DNA from: Octopus vulgaris
Lineage: Eukaryota
Assembly: GCA_951406725.2 (NCBI GenBank)
Contig: OX597827.1
Span: 27,528,001 to 27,592,000, forward strand
DNA: 64,000 nucleotides
Reading direction: 5' to 3'
Shown in pieces: positions 28,451-42,061 of the stretch (position 1 is its first letter; each line of letters starts with the position of its first letter). The position numbers and the translations under genes were made by a program. Under the pieces are notes generated by a model, which saw only the letters and a list, made by a program, of their open reading frames with translations, was not told the origin of the DNA and made no database searches.

Positions 28451-30908
28451 AGTTAAGTTAAGTTAAGTTAAGTTCAGGCCATTTCTAGTCAAGAGAGACT
28501 TTGAACCGAGCGGTTGTCGACATCTTCACTATCTCGTCCGGCAGCTTATCCACGGATCCACAACCCGGACGGAAATAGCCCCTCTCCTTCGATTGAGATG
28601 AAATCGTCGCAGATAGAGCTTTTCGAAGTGACCCCGCAGCCGACGCTCTGGAGCAGGAGTGAAGAACAGCTCTTTCGAGAGGTTACACTTTCCGCTTATG
28701 ATGTTGTGAACAAGAATGAGATCACCACGGCGTCGTCGTTTTTCTTGAGAATAAAGGTCGAGCGTCTTCAGCCTTTCTTCATAAGACAAATGCTTGAGAC
28801 CAAGAACCAGGCGGGTAGCCAGCTTCTGGACTCGTTCGAGATGATGTATGTCTTTGAGGAGATAAGAAGAGGCTTGAATCCCGTACTCCAATATGGGTCT
28901 CACCAGCGTGACATAGAGCGGTAGGAATATGGCTGCTGTGAGCATTCCGAATGACCGTCGAATCAAAAACAGAACTCCGCGTGCTTTCTAGGCAGCATGG
29001 ACGCACTGGGCCGAAGGCGAAAAAAAAGAATCCACCAAGATACCCAGGTCCTTTACCTGGTCGGTCCTCTCCAGCAGCAGACGACCCGGCTCGAATTCAA
29101 GTTGAGTTGCAGGAGAAGAGCCAACAGGCAGATGACAGCACTTTGACACGTTCAGACACAGGTCCCATTCGTTAGACCATCTCCAAACTTGGTGGAGGCA
29201 TCGACGAAGATCATCTATATCACCGCGAGGAGCGACCAGTTTGACATCATCGGCAAATAGAAGGGTGTGTTGCATGAGTTCGTCGGGCAAGTCATTTATG
29301 AAGACTAAAAACAATAAGGGCCCAAACACTGAACCTTGAGGCACGCCACTGCTCGCACTGGAGACGTCGAACAGCGAACCATTAACTTGGACTTGGAAGG
29401 AGCGATCTGAGAGGAAGGCACAAACCCATCGTACAATATCCGGATGGGAAATATATGCTTGAAGCTTGACAAGTAATAGGCGGTGGTTAACCGAGTCAAA
29501 AGCTTTGGCAAAGTCCAATAAAACGATGTCTACAGCATCACCATCATCCAGGATACGCGTCACCAATTCTTCCATTACCAGTAAGTTAGTCAAGCGTGAT
29601 CTCTTCGGCATGAAGCCGTGTTGGAAATCAGAGATAGAGACTGTATTTTGGAGGTGGAGCAACATACTTTTCTTAAGGATGGTTTCGAATATCTTGCTGA
29701 TTATTGAAGTAAGGGAAACCGGTCGGTAGTTAAGCGGGTCTTCGCGGCTCCCTTTCTTGAAAATTGAGCAGATTATTGCTGTTCTCCAGTCTGCAGGTAT
29801 AACACCCTCCGCTAATGACATATTGAATAGCAGTATTAAAGGTTCGCAGATGACCGGAGTCAACGCTTTGATAACCTGTGGGTGTATGCCGTCAGGGCCG
29901 TGACCCTTGTTGACATCGAGGTCTTGAATAACGCGTTCGACTTCGTCCCGAGTGATGACCAATCTAGGCGTTGGAGTTACCGATCTATCAAATGGAGGGG
30001 GTTCACGACCATCATCTTGTTTGAAAATAGTTGAAAAAGCCTCGGCAAATAACTGACTCTGCTGATAAGGGTCCTCAATCGATACGCCTGTTGAGTCTTC
30101 CAACGTTGCAATTTGGTTGTTCAAGCGGGAATTCCGTTAGACATGGGCAAAGAAGGTTTTTAGATTGCAACTGGCGTTTGCCGCGATTCTGTATTCATAT
30201 CTGAAGCGTTTTTCCTTTTCAATTTTCACGGCTCGGTCTCGTTGAGTGTTGTACACCTCAAAAGCTGCAGTCGAATCTAGATTGAATTCAGCCCAAGCAA
30301 TATCTCTGAGTCGAAGTTCTCGTTTTACCTTCTTCGTCACCCAGAGCTTGTGTTTCTTCTTCTTGGGAAACCCAACGGGAACTGCTTGGTCAGTCAACCA
30401 GATTACATATGCTTTGAGGGACGACCATAGTTCGTCAACTGAGGACATCGTCATCAGGGATCGTCAGTCCAGAAGCACGGAAGCCTCGGTTAGAATTTCA
30501 GGTTTGATTGCAGAGAAGACTCTACACGGCAGCGAAGTAATCGTGGGCGTAGAAGAAGTTGTGTGCATGTCGAACTTCAGGACCGCGTGATCACTCTTGG
30601 CAAGAGGGGTGCACAGAGATAAGCCTGACACTGATCTTGGATAGCGGGAGAATACCAGATCCAGCATAGAAGGCTGCTGCCCAGACCGATGCCTTGTCGG
30701 ATATTCAACATGTTGCGATAGAAAACAATCTTCAGCCACGTCAAGAAGGGCTTGGCCGAACCGGGAAGATGATGTACAAATTGATGCGGGCCAGTCGATC
30801 GTGGGAGCGTTGAAGTCTCCTAATATCAAACAGTCATGAGAAGCTGAAACGAATCTTATCGCTTCGAGTAAATGAGCATCGTCCTGGGTTCGGCAAGAAG
30901 CGGCCTGT
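28451..30908 (-). mobile_element. CR1-type LINE ORF2 (APE endonuclease end plus RT), 5' truncated, with (AACTT)n tail
   Basis: CLILGDFNAPTIDW, LDLVF, SDHAVL (EN); NYRPVSLTS, QHGF, LDFAKAFDSVNH, GVPQGSVFGPLLF, LFADDVKL (RT); RRRRGDLI. Four ORF pieces share one frame and are separated by in-frame stops at 30464, 30137 and 28988. Confidence 0.93.
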
Positions 30909-30947
30909 AGACAGTCAAATGACTGAAACAAGTAAAAGAGTAAAAGA

Positions 30948-30992
<45 letters not shown>

Positions 30993-31124
30993 CACTCATT
31001 TTTCATATATGTGTATACGTGTATACGTGTACAAATATACATACACACACATATCTACACACATTTTTCACATATACATATATGTACAAATATACATACA
31101 AATACACACACATATATAGATATT

Positions 31125-31281
31125 AGGCGCAGGAGTAGCTGTGTAGTCAGTAGCTTGCTTACGAACTACATGGTTCCGGGTTCAGTCCCACTGCGTGGCA
31201 CCTTGGGCGAGTGTTTTCTACTATAGCCTCGACCAAAGCCTTGTGTGTAGATTTGGTAGACGGAAACTGAAAGAAGCCCTT

Positions 31282-31345
<64 letters not shown>

Positions 31346-31587
31346 CATACATACATACATACATACATCTATGAAATATAATGTGTGTATGTTTGTGTGT
31401 CTGTGGTTGTCCCCCACCGTCGTTTGACAACCGATGTGGTCTGTTTACGTCCCGTAATTTAGCGGTTCGGCAAAAGAGACCAATATACTAAGTACTAGGC
31501 TTACAAAGAATAAGTACTGGGGTCGATTTGTTCGAGTAAAGGCGGTGTTCTACCATGACCGCAGTCAAATAACTGAAAGAAATAAAA

Positions 31588-31590
<3 letters not shown>
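31125..31590 (+). mobile_element. Family A SINE, full length
   Basis: Head, core, internal microsatellite and tail all present. Confidence 0.88.
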
Positions 31591-31633
<43 letters not shown>

Positions 31634-31829
31634 GTATATATATGTGTGTGTGACCCCTCTGTTTGGCATTCGCCATGATAGATAGCTAGCCACGTGTAAT
31701 GCGTAACCAGTAAATCCTGGTTCAAAGAAACTAATTTTTAGCCATAGTCCTGTACGTTATTCCGAATGGCCGTTCACACCCTTCCTCTTCCTGTCAAATG
31801 CGCATGCTCTTTATATCAACGTTATTTGC

Positions 31830-31935
31830 ATAACACCACTAAAGCTTTTTTCTATTTTCTCTCCCTGTTTATTCCTGTGTTCTTTTCTGTCGAAGAGCGT
31901 AGTTTCGAAATGTAAAAGACTTTCTCACTTCCTAA
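31830..31935 (+). mobile_element. PLE pseudo-LTR-like fragment with variant minimal hammerhead (CUGUCGA...GAAA)
   Basis: Homologous to 59927-60022 and to the 3' end of the Neptune-type element at 53130-53200. Confidence 0.6.
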
Positions 31936-31945
31936 AGAAAATAGT

Positions 31946-33130
31946 CTAATAAAGGGGCATATAAGCCATTGACAGAAAAAAAAAAACGAAAGCTTTCCTA
32001 ACCACGTGGGAGCCGAACCCACATCCATTTGTTAACTCCAGTTGCTTTTTAGCAACTGCCATTTGGTGTATGAGAGAGTTCGATGCAGCTGCCCTCATCT
32101 GCACCTCCTGCCGTGAAGTTGGTTCATCTGGGACACCTGGCAGGTAGAGATCCAGTCCCACTTTAAAGACATCTGCATCCATCAGGTTCTTCGGGAGGAT
32201 ATTGAAGAGCTGTGGGCCTCTGAAGCCCAGGCTATCACAGTATCTTGTCCTAGATCTTGATGGCAAATTTGGAGTCCTTGGCACCACACAGTGGCGCCCA
32301 GTTCTGGCATTTATGTAACTCTCGATGCCAAAGTTTGGGACAAGTCCTTCTAGGATCTTCCAGATGTATATTATGGCATATCTTTCTCGCCTACGCTCTA
32401 AGGAATAGAGTCTTAATCTCTTGAGCCTTTCCCAGTAGCTTATATGCTGTACAGAGGCTATCTTCTTCGTGTAGCTGCGTTGGATCGCCTCAAGTTCTGT
32501 GATCAACTTGACACTGGATGGTGACCATAGCTGAGAGCAATAGTCAAAGTGGCTTAGGATAAGTGTCCTCCAGAGGACCATCATTGTTTCTTGGTCTCTT
32601 GTCCTAAAGGTTCTAAGAATCCATCCGACCAGCCGCTTACATTTCATTGCCAATTTAGCAACATGTACATGAAAGGTTGCGTCATCACTCATGTAAATAC
32701 CCAGGTCACGCACTGATTGTGCCTCTGGGATTGCAATCCCTCCAGGTCCAGTGTATTCATTGGGTATTGCATTTAGTTTTGCATGCTGATAGCATAAAGC
32801 TTGAAACTTTTCAGCATTGAACTGCATGCTATTCTTTTCAGCCCACTTGTATATTTTGTCCAGCTCACATTGCAGGTGCTTAGTGTCTTCAGGGTTCTGT
32901 ATTGCCTGTGAAACTTTTGTATCATCTGCATAACTTGTGATCGTGGCTCTCTGCGTAGCTGAGAGCATGTCTGAGAGGGCCATTATGAACAGTAGTGGTC
33001 CCAAAACAGTGCCCTGCAGAACACCGCTCACTATTTGCGTGTTGATGGAAGTGGCCCCTTTGGCTACTACCACCTGACTTCTATCCTTCAGAAAGTCATG
33101 AAGCCATTCTCCCAATTTTCCAACTATGCC

Positions 33131-33133
<3 letters not shown>
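31946..33133 (-). mobile_element. Second CR1-group LINE, 3' RT fragment
   Basis: WLHDFLKDRSQ, SGVLQGTVLGPLLF, SYADDTK, VRDLGI, FDYCSQLWSP, LRLYSLERRRER; open frame, 5' truncated at (TA)n. Confidence 0.9.
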
Positions 33134-33171
<38 letters not shown>

Positions 33172-33216
33172 ACTCATATATATATATATATATATATATA
33201 CATCTCATATATATAT

Positions 33217-33382
33217 AGGCGCAGGAGTGGCTGTGTGGTAAGTAGCTTGCTTACCAACCACATGGTTCCGGGTTCAGTCCCACTGCGTGGCACCTTGGGC
33301 AAGTGTCTTCTGCTATAGTCTCGGGCCGACCAATGCCTTGTGAGTGGATTTGGTAGACAGAAACTGAAAGAAGCCTGTCGTA

Positions 33383-33421
<39 letters not shown>

Positions 33422-33648
33422 ATGTATGTGTTTGTGTGTCTGTGTTTGTCTCCCTAGCATTGCTTGACAACCGATGCTGGTGTGTTTATGTCCCCGTCAA
33501 CTAGCGGTTCGGCAAAAGAGACCGATAAATTAAGTACTGGGCTTACAAAAAATAAGTCCCGGGATCGATTTGTTCGACTAAAGATGGTGCTCCAGCATGA
33601 CCACAGTCAAATGACTGAAACAAGTAAAAGAGAAAAGAGAAAAAGAGA
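33217..33648 (+). mobile_element. Family A SINE, full length
   Basis: ggcgcaggagtggctgtgtggtaag...ccttgggcaagtg...gactgaaacaagtaaaagag. Confidence 0.9.
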
Positions 33649-33711
33649 ATATATATATATATATATACATATACATGCATATATATATGCATATATATAT
33701 GCATATATATA

Positions 33712-33762
<51 letters not shown>

Positions 33763-34093
33763 GTACATACATCTCTCTCTCTATTACACATATATAAGTA
33801 TATATTTTGAACTTTCTTGATGTTTCAACATCGCCATCATTATCATCATCCACCCGGCCATCATTTAACAATTGATGCTGTTGTGTTCACGCCCCCATAA
33901 CTTAGCGGTACGGTTCGGCAAAACAGAATGATAGAATGAGTACTAGACTTACAACGAATAAGTCAGGGGTGGGGGTGATTTCTTCGGCTAAAACCCTTTA
34001 ATCGGTGCTCCAGCATGGCCGAAGTCAAATGACTGAAACAAGTAGAAGAATAAACAGATGAAAGCATATTATTATTATTATTTATTATTATTA

Positions 34094-34150
<57 letters not shown>

Positions 34151-34162
34151 GTTGTTGTTGTT

Positions 34163-34195
<33 letters not shown>

Positions 34196-35501
34196 GCTAT
34201 TGCTTCTCTCACACAAACACACGCATGCGTAGATATTATCTCCAATTAGTGAACACTTTTATATTTCGATTGAATTATCTTTGAGAAACCAACAATAGAA
34301 GGATTTTCTACGGCCACAGATGGTTCAAAAATTGCTAATCTGGTAGATATAGATAATCCTCTGCTTGTGATCCTTATTAATTAAGGTTGCTGATTATCTT
34401 AGTGAAACCTGGATGAATAGATAAACAGTATCAGATCACAATAACCGAATGAATTATTAAATAACTGGCTGGTTGGCTGGTTGGCCGGCCGGATATCTGC
34501 CTAACTGATAAGATTGTTTATTGTGATCAAATGAAGAATGGTGAGATTTTTCTTTCATTTGCATTGTAGTTCTTACTGCTGTTGCGCTTGTTGTGGTGGT
34601 TGTTATTGTTGTTGTTGTTGTTGCGGTTATTATTGTTGTTGCTGTTATTGTTATTGTTGCGTTGTTGTTGTTTTATCTACCCACCCCTCGACAGGGACTC
34701 AGATTACGTCCCCGGTTAATGGACTGCTCTCAATCGGGTTATCCGGATATTATGGAATTATTATGTTTTATCTTTTATTTGTTTCTGACTGCGGCCCTGC
34801 TGGTGCACCGGCTTGAAGAATTCTTAGTCCAATGAATTGCCTCTAGTCCTTTCCTTTGTAAGCCTGATACCGATAAGCTACGGGGACATAAACACACGAA
34901 CACCGGCTGTCATGCACTGGTGGAGAAGCCAAACACACACACACACAAACACACACACTTTCACTCATACACACACACACACACACACACACACAACAGA
35001 ATTTCAACCGAGAATGGAAAGAGGATCCCTAAATCAGTTCGCCGATAGCTGACCTTGTCCTTCCTTGATGACAGAACAGTTAAGACGCTGGTATGACAAA
35101 TGGTGTCCTTGGGTCGTTTTGAATCTGGTAGAGTCTGACTAGAATAAAAAATAAAGGACCGAAGAATCGACAACTGTATCTGATTGGTACTTTACTTATT
35201 GATCTCCAAAAGCATGATGGGTGAAGTTGATCTCCACCGAATATGAACTCGAAGTTCAAAGAACTGAGACGAATGCTATAAGGTTTTCTGTCCGATTTTC
35301 TCACGGATCTGCCAATTTGTCATCACAGCTAACCTCGTCTGTATATAAAATTGATGGTACTTGTAGAAAAGCAATCGGCATGAAAACCAACAGGTTAGTT
35401 TTAGGAATTTAATGCAAAGAACATAAATATAAGCTGACTAGAAACAATAATGTGTGGAAAATTAGACAACCCGAGACAACAATATTATTTTACAATGGTT
35501 A

Positions 35502-35717
35502 AGGCGGCGAGCTGGCAGAACCGTTAGCGCGCCGGGCGAAATGCCTAGCGATATTTCGTCTGTCTCTACGTTCTGAGTTCAAATTCCGGCGGGTTCGCCT
35601 TTGTCTTTCATCCTTTCGGGGTCGATTAAATAAGTAGCAGTTACGCGCTGGGGTCGATATAATCGACTGGCCCACTCCCCCAAAACTTCGGGCCTTGTGC
35701 CTAAATTAGGAAAGATT
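35502..35717 (+). mobile_element. Family B tRNA-derived SINE, full length
   Basis: A-box-like TGGCAGAACCG, B-box GAGTTCAAATTCC; multiple copies in the window. Confidence 0.85.
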
Positions 35718-35944
35718 ATGTTGCTATGGTCAACACGCATATGACTCTCTCTCCCTCACTCTCACTCTTCCTCTCCCTCCTCCCTCTCTCTCTCTCAAAT
35801 ATGGAACGAAGTTAAAGACATGATCTGTTTTACACATAGCATACGTATTATTCTGAACTCAATTTACTGATAAACTATGGAAGGTAATCGAGGATATAAA
35901 CTATTATTGATATATCATTCATATTGCTTATGTTCCGTTCTACT

Positions 35945-36152
35945 ATAGGAACGAAGCCTGAAATTTGTGGGGAGGGGCCTAATCAGTTATATCGAATCCA
36001 CCCACAGTACTCAACAGGTACATAATGTACCTTCCTCGAAACACTGACAGACAAAGTCGACCTCGGCGGAGTTTGAACTCAAAACGTATAGCAGGACGAA
36101 CTGCCGCTAAACATCTTACCCGGCATGCTAACGATTCTGCCAGCTCACCGCC
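35945..36152 (-). mobile_element. Family B SINE
   Basis: Reverse-complement homology to 35502. Confidence 0.78.
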
Positions 36153-36413
36153 TCTCATATTATTTATATTATCGGTTGCTGTGTTTACTCCACTACGTAA
36201 CTTAGCGGTTCGGTCTAGGTGAATGACAAAATAAGTACGAGGCAAAAAGAAAATAAGTATTGGGGGTCATTTTGTTCGACTAAACTCCTTTAAGGCAGTG
36301 CTCCAGCATGGCCGCAGTCAATTGACTGAAACAAGTGAAAGATATATGTTCCCCCCCATATATATATGTGTGTGTGTGTGTACATATATCTTCCACATGT
36401 TTCTGTCATACAC

Positions 36414-36449
<36 letters not shown>

Positions 36450-36451
36450 GG

Positions 36452-37109
36452 ATAAGATCGTTAATATAAATATTGATGTAATCAAATGGACAGCATGGGA
36501 ATAAAAACCTTCAAAGGTAATAATTATTATTAAAATGGTTTAAAACATTTAATGTGGTTTTAGAGTCAGGTTTTTGGCTGCTATTTCCAGCGTGGAGGTA
36601 TCTCTTAGTTACCCTAAATTATAGTTTTAATAATAATTATTACCTTGGAAGGTTTTTATTCCCATGCTGGACACCTGATAAGATCGATATTTAAATTAAA
36701 GATCTTATTGTTATTTATAAAAATTTTTATATTTATTTCGTCATTGTATTTACTGCGGTGGTGTTTTAACCATATCGCACGAGGAGTTATTAGGCGGGCA
36801 ATTTAAACTGGTCGTGTGCATACGTGCATATATATGTATGTATACGTTCGCATATGTAAGTATTCGTATGTTATATGTGTATATATATGTGTATTTATGT
36901 TACTATATTCCACTGATGAAGCAAAGCATTACTAATGCAAAATCAGAAATCCGGGATCTGGAATTACCCAATAATTTTTTGTTAGTCTATTTTCTCCTTC
37001 CGTCTTCTCTCCTGGTGTTGTATGAACATTTAATGTAGCTTTAAAGTCAAGTTTTGGCTGCTATTTCCAGCGTGTTGGTATCTCTTACATACTCTAAATT
37101 ATAATTTTA
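36452..37109 (+). mobile_element. Non-coding HHR-bearing element with terminal direct repeat (481-bp period) and inverted 5' segment; retrozyme-like or non-autonomous PLE
   Basis: Direct repeats 36544-36629 and 37025-37109; inverted repeats 36452-36535 and 36625-36708; HHR at 36907-36964; (TA)n on both flanks. Confidence 0.7.
36907..36964 (+). ncRNA. Type I hammerhead ribozyme (base of stem II degenerate)
   Basis: AUUCCA-CUGAUGA-...GCAUUAcUAAUGC...-GAAA-UCCgGGA-UC/UGGAAU: 6-bp stem I, intact core, AUC triplet. Confidence 0.68.
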
Positions 37110-37116
37110 TATATAT

Positions 37117-37537
37117 AAGCGCAGGAGTGGCTGTGTGGTAAGTAGCTTGCTAACCAACCACATGGTTCCGGGTTCAGTCCCACTGCGTGGCACCTTGGGC
37201 AAGTGTCTTCTACTATAGCCCCGAGCCGACCAATGCCTTGTGAGTGGATTTGGCAGACGGAAACTGAAAGAAGACTGTCGTATATATGTATATATATATA
37301 TGTGTGTATGTGTGTGTGTTTGTGTATGTGTGTTTGTCCCCCTAGCATTGCTTGACAACCGATGCTGGTGTGTTTACGTCCCCGTCACTTAGCGGTTCGG
37401 CAAAAGAAACCGATAGAATAAGTACTGGGCTTACAAAGAATAAGTCCCGGGGTCGATTTGCTCGACTAAAAGTGGTGCTCCAGCATGGCCGCAGTCAAAT
37501 GACTGAAACAAGTAAAAGAGTAAAAGAGAGTAAGAAT
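37117..37537 (+). mobile_element. Family A SINE, full length
   Basis: Near-identical to the 33217 copy. Confidence 0.9.
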
Positions 37538-37568
37538 ATATATGTATACATATGTATATATATATATG

Positions 37569-37603
<35 letters not shown>

Positions 37604-37790
37604 GTATAGATATATATATATATATATATATATAAATGTATAGATGTATATATGCAATCGTAAATATGTGCATGGATATATTTTTGTGAAATTAAAGACA
37701 AAGATGCTTTCATGATATATGATTTTTTTAAATACATATTTTGTTTGCACAGACGCACGCCCACACATACACACACACTCACTCACGCAC

Positions 37791-37890
<100 letters not shown>

Positions 37891-38589
37891 AAACATGTAT
37901 ATGAGGTCCTGTGTGTCGTGTTTTTGTAAACATGTAAACGAAATGGTCTTATATCCGTTATCTACTGCTATAAACCAATCGACAATGTAAAAAAGTAAAT
38001 GAAACGTAAGTAAACTAAAAAACACGCACATAAACACCCACAAAAGAGAAGACAAACAACAATAATAACAACACTGAAGAAATCCATTAAAGGATTATGT
38101 ATAACAAAGGATGTTTTCTTCGAGTAAAGACTGTCTTAGAGTATTCAGTAGTAGTAGTAGTAGTAGTGGTGGTGGTGGTGGTGGTAGGGGTGCTGGTGGT
38201 AGTAGTAGTAGTAGTAGTGGTAGTTGTCATCATTATTTTACAAGGTTCTGCAGTTATACTTACGAGTGTATAAAACTAAATATTTTCTAGAGTGTTGTGG
38301 ATGTCATTGTGGCTGTTGTGGTTGTTGCTGTTGTTTGTTGCGTTTGTTGCAATCAATATCATTACAAATGTTGGTGTTCATCCTGTGTTGTTAGTTTTCA
38401 TAACACATGCATAAAAACATACATATATACATATATGTAAACATATATATACACGCATATATATATGCATATAAACATACATTTCTTATATGGATATACA
38501 TATAAGCATATTTATATATATATACATATGCATATATATGTATATACCACTATCTATCTATCTATTTCTCTACATATTTAACTATCTAT

Positions 38590-38655
<66 letters not shown>

Positions 38656-38860
38656 CTACAAAATTAGAGAATGGAGAAACATACTTAAATCAATAGAACA
38701 TCAACTATCCGATGATACTCAATCCATACTTTAATACACCATTACATAGGAGTAAAGGCAATATATAAAATGAAATGAGATATACAGTAATAGTAAAAGT
38801 AAAAGTAAAAGTAAAAAGATAAAGAGATATAAGTAAAAAATTACAAATACAATATGCAAA

Positions 38861-38990
38861 TAAATCAAAACTGACAGCTGTTTCGGCAGTGGGGACAGTC
38901 ATACCTCATTTAACCTATAAGCCATAAAGGCAGGTATAAATGAGGCATTAACAAAGATGCCCCACGGCCTCTTCAGAGAATTAAATTAAA
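38861..38990 (-). ncRNA. Type I hammerhead ribozyme, left-arm copy
   Basis: Reverse complement of 44881-45010. Confidence 0.82.
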
Positions 38991-39321
38991 TTTGTTATAA
39001 TAGTGAAAAATATTATATAATCATATACATATAAATATAAAAATATAAAAAAGTAAAATATAAAAACTTATACATCATAATGCTACACTTGTATAATATA
39101 ATACATATTTGTACAAAAAGGAAGGTAACCAGAACAAAATAAAACAAAATATATAACAGTGTATATATAATATTAATAAGTACCGATATCATACATATTT
39201 AGCTAATAGTTTTTTTTAATAAAAAAAGGGGCTAACACATATGGAGATGAAAAATAATAATAATTAAATCCGTGGTACAGTTCACAAAATTCTAAAGCTA
39301 TAAAAGTTAATAAAAATTACT

Positions 39322-39355
<34 letters not shown>

Positions 39356-41085
39356 GTAATAATAATAAAAAAAATAATAAAAATAGATACAGTTAAGTTA
39401 TCACCAAGTCCATCCTTCCAAGATCGAAATAACTATGAGTTAAGAAATGCTGACCACTAGGTAAAGAAAATTTAGATTAATTCGATTGGCTATTGGTTTG
39501 AAATTTAAATCACAAAAGAAAATTATACGGTTGGTTAGTCAGGGAACGCCAATATTCACACACGCATCTACAGATCAATCGCACATACACACATAGTTAT
39601 ATGTATATACATACACTTGTACATATACATAATCATAAGCAACAACTAACACTTAGATAAACAAATAGGGAAGCAACCATGCTAACACTAAGTCCTTCAA
39701 AATTATAACTGAGCCTCAATAACAAAAAAAGAACCATCCATGCATTCTATAAAATATTTAATTAAGATATAAATGTATTTTTAAATATCAGTATGTTACT
39801 AATTCAGATAATTATTTCATGGGTAACTTAAAATTTGTAACACCGGTTTGTTGCAGAGTAAACATACGGTTGTTATGTTTATCGTAAGTTTGTTATGATT
39901 TAAAGTACGCTAAATTATAAAATATAAAATATAAAATATATTAATTTAGATATTATAAATAAGTCACTTATTAACTTAACAAATATAGTGCCAAAATATA
40001 CCAGTTTAGGCAATAAAAAATAGAGGGGGAAGTATTAATGTAAACGCTTATGAGAACATCACAGAAATTTTAAATAAATTTTATACTATAAAGACTTAAT
40101 ATGAAAAGAGATAAAATAAATAAAAAGGAATAAATACGAAGGAATAAATACGGTTATACACATAATTATAAGTACAAACTAGTATATATGTATTCATATA
40201 TTATTAAAATAAATAAAAAGAAATGATAGATATGTATGTATAAAACTACACCAGTATAAGTAAATAAGTAAAGAATAAATAGGTAACAAATTAAATGACT
40301 TGATATGTATGTAAACATCCACACTTAAATAGGCAAATAAATAAATAAATAGAAGACTAGATGCAAATATTGATAATATTACAATAAAATGGGAAATAAA
40401 TAAAAATAAATAAAGTGAATATATATATTTTATATTGTTGAAAGTAAATATGTATGGAAGGATAGTTTAAAGTACAGATCCAGAGGACTATAGATATAAA
40501 CTAAATATATGAGGCTGGTAACAATTATAAAGCAAAATGCATGTAAATGAGAAAATGAAAAAAATGAAAAAGGTTTATCAGTGAATAACATAAGATACAA
40601 ATTAAGGTGAGTACAAAAAGACCAAATATATAATAAAAACCTTCCAAATCAGCACATACAAAAAACCCATAATCTCAACCTAAACCCACCAAACTCACAA
40701 AAGGCTCTCATATATTACATATTATACAATATCATTACATTATCCAGAGCTAGGTATCTAACCAAGATATACATATATACTTTGCAATATACTATGCAAT
40801 ATTGGAAAACTTCAAAAATCACACATTACAAGGCAAATACCAAAATGAATATGTTATTTTATGTCATATTGCATTTCTCTTAAAAAAAACAAACAAAAAC
40901 CCACATACAAAAACCAAGAAACCAATAATACTAGACACATCCAATTAGTTATTATACAAATGTAGCTATAAAAATTATAAAATTATGAAATTTATAAAAT
41001 GTATACTTTAGAATTATAGAAGACCACAGGTATATTTAGTTAAAGAAGGGAATTAAAAAATTGATAATAGTGGAAGTGCTAAGTT

Positions 41086-42060
41086 CTATTTGAATCTAGA
41101 AAAGGTGAACGGTAGTCTATGAATACAAAAGAAGCTTTTCTCATTAATGTTATTAATAATTTGCCGACCCGCTTTAATAATGAAGAAAATTTCATTAATA
41201 CATAGAGAGCATTTTTTATTTTTTCCATTATACACAGGTGCTGAAGTTAGTATTTTCCAGTTTAATCTAAAATCTAAGTTCTTACTTTTAAGTTCCCAAA
41301 TATATGCACTTAGCCCTGTAGAGTACATTCTATTTTTATTCCTAAAAGTATATCTATGATAATTCCATCTTTGTTTTATGCTATTCATAGTTGCCCCGAT
41401 ATACACTCTACTACTCAATTGTGTATCTACAGTGCATTGGTAAACTACCTCCTTCCTGAGGCATTGATTACCAAATACACATTTATTTTTATTTCTGCAA
41501 TTACAAAGATTAACAGAATGAGGAAATCTAAGATTGGACACCACCCCTGTACTACTATTCACATTATAAGTGTTACAATTGTTATCATCATCCAAACCCA
41601 AAATCAACGAATGAGTTAATTCCACATTATCGGCTATATTCCTATCACTAGTACTAGTATTGGTAGTAGTGGTATGATCTATTACATTTATATTATCTCT
41701 GACAGGTATGGTGCACTCATTATTAGTAAGGAGGTTGCTCCCATTTGTTCCAAGAAAATTTCTATTCCTATTATTAATGAAGAGGGGCAAGTTTTCCTGG
41801 TCTAAATTCAATTTTCTATCCTTATAGAAGTGATCCAGTTTCTTGTTATTAAAAGAGGAGATGATGGTGGCTAGATTATGAGTAATGCTATATCCCACTC
41901 TAACAGTACCGTTGTTAATTAAAGGACTAAATTTATTCCTATCCTTACCAAAATGCCTAAAAATAATATTATGCAAAGCTCTCACTATGTTTGTTTTAAT
42001 CTGCATTGCATACGGGATAATCAACCAAAGAGTATCCTTATCAGAATTAGGATTGCCTAT
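41086..42060 (-). pseudogene. PLE ORF C-terminal part: thumb end, linker and GIY-YIG endonuclease (5' truncated, no RT core)
   Basis: LWLIIPY..TNI..LINNGTVRVGYS; CNCRNKNKCVFGNQC; VVYQCTV...VYIGATMNSIKQRWNYH; LSAYIWELK; CSLCINE; CIH. This layout resembles Nematis-type PLEs (from recall, unverified). Confidence 0.85.
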
Positions 42061-42061
42061 A

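Noticed and set aside
38074-38100. CTGAAGA followed by an AATCC/GGATT stem
   Set aside because: No GAAA or cleavage triplet follows.
38705-38902. 65-aa hydrophobic ORF present in both palindrome arms (also 44969-45166)
   Set aside because: Overlaps the HHR and T-rich pLTR; its duplication is explained by the palindrome, not by selection.
39325-39325. The single arm mismatch as a fossil A-to-I edit
   Set aside because: It is T/C on the element sense strand, not A/G.
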